Source: a virus
Strand: one strand, 5' to 3'
DNA: 64,000 nt
Virus record (IMG/VR): IMGVR_UViG_2922055605_000002
Location: 7,455-71,454 of that record
The position numbers and the translations under genes are program-made. The notes beneath the pieces are model-generated. The model did no database searches. It was not told the origin of the DNA and saw only the letters and a list, made by a program, of their open reading frames with translations. Shown in pieces: positions 62,148-64,000 of the stretch. Position 1 is the stretch's first letter, and each line of letters opens with the position of its first letter.

Positions 62148-64000
62148 GAGCGCAATCCCTGCTGTTTAAGGAGACTAATAAAGGCGTTGGCATTGGCCTC
62201 GTCGGCCTGCACCTCTGCTCTGGCGCCGCTTGGCCCACGTAGTTCGATGATGTGCCGCTGGGGTTGGCCCTGATTGAACGGGGCTTGGGAGGGCGGTTGT
62301 GAGCCAGGGTCTGACTGGCCTGCTGCCGATGTACTGGCGATTTGAGCCTGCTCTGACTCCTTGGCCTGGGCCTTGCTGAGCTCGGCCTTGAGCTGGGCCC
62401 GCATGGCCTCCATCTCTTTTTGGAACTTCTCGCCGTAATACTTGCTCCACTCGCTATAGGCCGGAATGTCTTTAACCTTCTGGCTGTAGCGGGCCAGCTC
62501 CTCTTCCACGCCTGCAAGCGTGTTGGCCAGGCCATCGGCATTGCCGCGCAGGCTGTTGATATCCACGCTCTTGTAGTAGAAAGATCCTGCATTGACGGTC
62601 CGAGTGTTGCCATTGCCGCCCCCTCCGCCACTGGAGAGGCTGGTGTTGGTCTGTTCGGCCTCGTCCTGCACCCCCTTGAGCCCGGCCCGCATGGCATCGG
62701 TCGCCCCCTTGGCCCGCGCGGCAGCCTCATCAAAACCATCGCCAATGGCCGCCACTGCCTTTTTGGCCTCACCGCTGCCCCCTTTCACCTTGCTCATGGC
62801 GTCGCTTGCGATGGCCATGGAACGGGCCAGCGCATCGCCGGTGATCTTGCCCTGGGCGGCCAGCTGCTGCTGGCGCTCGATCACCGCGTCGAGCTCGGTC
62901 TTGGTCTTGGCGCTGTTGTAGGCACTGGCCAGCGCCTCCTCGATGGCGGCCGCGCTGGTGCCGGTATGCTGTACCAGCACATCCAACGCGCCCAGGGTCT
63001 TCTGAAAGCCCGCACCGATGCGGCCATTGGCCCGCTCGAAGTCCAGCCCCAACGTCTCGAAAGCCTTGGCCAACTTGGCCGGGCCATCGGCCGCCGTCTG
63101 CTTGGCCACAGCATTGATTTCGCCTAGGTAGTCGCGAGTAACTTTGGCCTCATCCCCCAGGGCTTTGACGGCGGCCGCACCTTGTCGCCAGCTGCCGGTG
63201 GCCTCGTCGTAATGCACCTTGCCATCACGCACAGCACGATCGAGATCCGCCATGCTGGTGATGGCCACCCCCAGCTCGACCGACAGTGCCGCAAACTGGC
63301 CGTTGAGACGGGCCTGAGTTTCCGAGCGCAAGGTCTGCGCCTCTCTGAGGGCCAGTTCAGCCTGCACCAGTTGGCGCAGGGCAGCGGCGAACTGGGTGAT
63401 CTGGATGATGGCCTCCACCGTCACGGCGGCCAGCAACCCCTTGACCGCAGCCCCCAAGGCCCTGACGCCGATGGCCGCACCTGCCGCCACGGTACCGGCC
63501 GTGGTCATGCCACCTGCCGCCGTGGCCATCGCCGTGGGCAGGACGATGAACTGGGCATAGAGGCTGCGCAGATCCCCTATCCAGCCGACAATCTTGAGCC
63601 CCACCCACGCCTGGGCCAGCATGGTCAGCGCAGTGCGCCACTCGGAGAGGGCCTGGATCAGGGACTTGAGGGTTTCCCCGAGCGAGATGAAGCCATCAGA
63701 AAGACGCTGCGCCCAGGCTTGCAGGCGGCCATCCTTGGCCATCGCCTCAAACTCGGCGTTGAGGTTGGCCAGTTGATTCTTGAGCCAATCCAGCGCACCG
63801 GACTCGCTCACCAGGCGGTAGAACTTGGCCAGGTTGTCCTGGGCGTTGGAAATCAGCCCGGAGAGCAGGCTCATGTTGTCACGGGCGGCCCCGGAGGATT
63901 GGGCGGCGATCTCGTTCATCAGGGCTGCAATGGTGTCACGGCCGAGCTTGCCAGCTTCCGAGAGCTTCTGCAGCTCGGCGGTATTCTTGCCGGTCACCTG
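62144..64000 (-). CDS. Tail tape measure protein (5'-truncated by the window)
   Basis: >617 aa Ala/Leu/Gly-rich helical protein; AARDNMSLLSGLISNAQD core; frame continues off the right edge. Confidence 0.85.
   Translation of the reverse strand, partial: QVTGKNTAELQKLSEAGKLGRDTIAALMNEIAAQSSGAARDNMSLLSGLISNAQDNLAKFYRLVSESGALDWLKNQLANLNAEFEAMAKDGRLQAWAQRLSDGFISLGETLKSLIQALSEWRTALTMLAQAWVGLKIVGWIGDLRSLYAQFIVLPTAMATAAGGMTTAGTVAAGAAIGVRALGAAVKGLLAAVTVEAIIQITQFAAALRQLVQAELALREAQTLRSETQARLNGQFAALSVELGVAITSMADLDRAVRDGKVHYDEATGSWRQGAAAVKALGDEAKVTRDYLGEINAVAKQTAADGPAKLAKAFETLGLDFERANGRIGAGFQKTLGALDVLVQHTGTSAAAIEEALASAYNSAKTKTELDAVIERQQQLAAQGKITGDALARSMAIASDAMSKVKGGSGEAKKAVAAIGDGFDEAAARAKGATDAMRAGLKGVQDEAEQTNTSLSSGGGGGNGNTRTVNAGSFYYKSVDINSLRGNADGLANTLAGVEEELARYSQKVKDIPAYSEWSKYYGEKFQKEMEAMRAQLKAELSKAQAKESEQAQIASTSAAGQSDPGSQPPSQAPFNQGQPQRHIIELRGPSGARAEVQADEANANAFISLLKQQGLRS

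Larger units (their letters stand above)
52986..64000 (-). mobile_element. Right end and tail module of a Mu-like transposable prophage
   Basis: TGTAGCCCGCCGCGAAAAATGAAAAATCTGTCTGCCTAAAACGAAAAAC resembles the Mu R end (TGAAGCGGCGCACGAAAAACGCGAAAG...); tail genes are transcribed toward this end. Confidence 0.7.

Noticed and set aside
53106-64000. Stand-alone tailocin or eCIS interpretation of the second tail cluster
   Set aside because: No sheath gene is visible, and the Mu-like end disrupting an integrase favours a transposable prophage. Not fully excluded, because the head genes would lie outside the window.

Overview
Two adjacent phage elements at a tmRNA (ssrA) insertion hotspot of a ~60% GC gammaproteobacterium, probably Aeromonas (inferred from composition and gene families). 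(1) 1..~52789: most of a temperate lambdoid-regulated, short-tailed prophage whose head genes resemble the 933W/Stx2-phage type (N4-gp56-like capsid, ~700 aa portal, giant terminal ejection protein). Late genes run on the minus strand (1-28138). An AT-rich accessory locus sits between the Q-like gene and the holin, the slot stx occupies in 933W; it holds a HEPN-motif protein, a HEAT-like protein and a CaiF/GrlA-like regulator, and no stx. Then come nin/replication/Dcm genes, a cro-cI switch, a plus-strand early operon (tRNA-Pro, RecE/RecT, Dam, RdgC, MazG-domain protein, antirepressor, xis, int) and a duplicated ssrA 3' end. (2) 52790..64000: the start of a P4-like island integrase, cut in codon 11 by a sequence resembling the phage Mu right end, followed by the tail module of a Mu-like transposable siphophage (minus strand, continuing past the window). 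Main signals not in the ORF track: a >1950 aa ORF with ART-like and N6-adenine MTase domains running off the left edge; four copies of a conserved sigma70 promoter plus terminator module in the late region; four perfect DnaA boxes; and a CI whose autocleavage residues appear lost. All family assignments come from motif recognition, not database searches.
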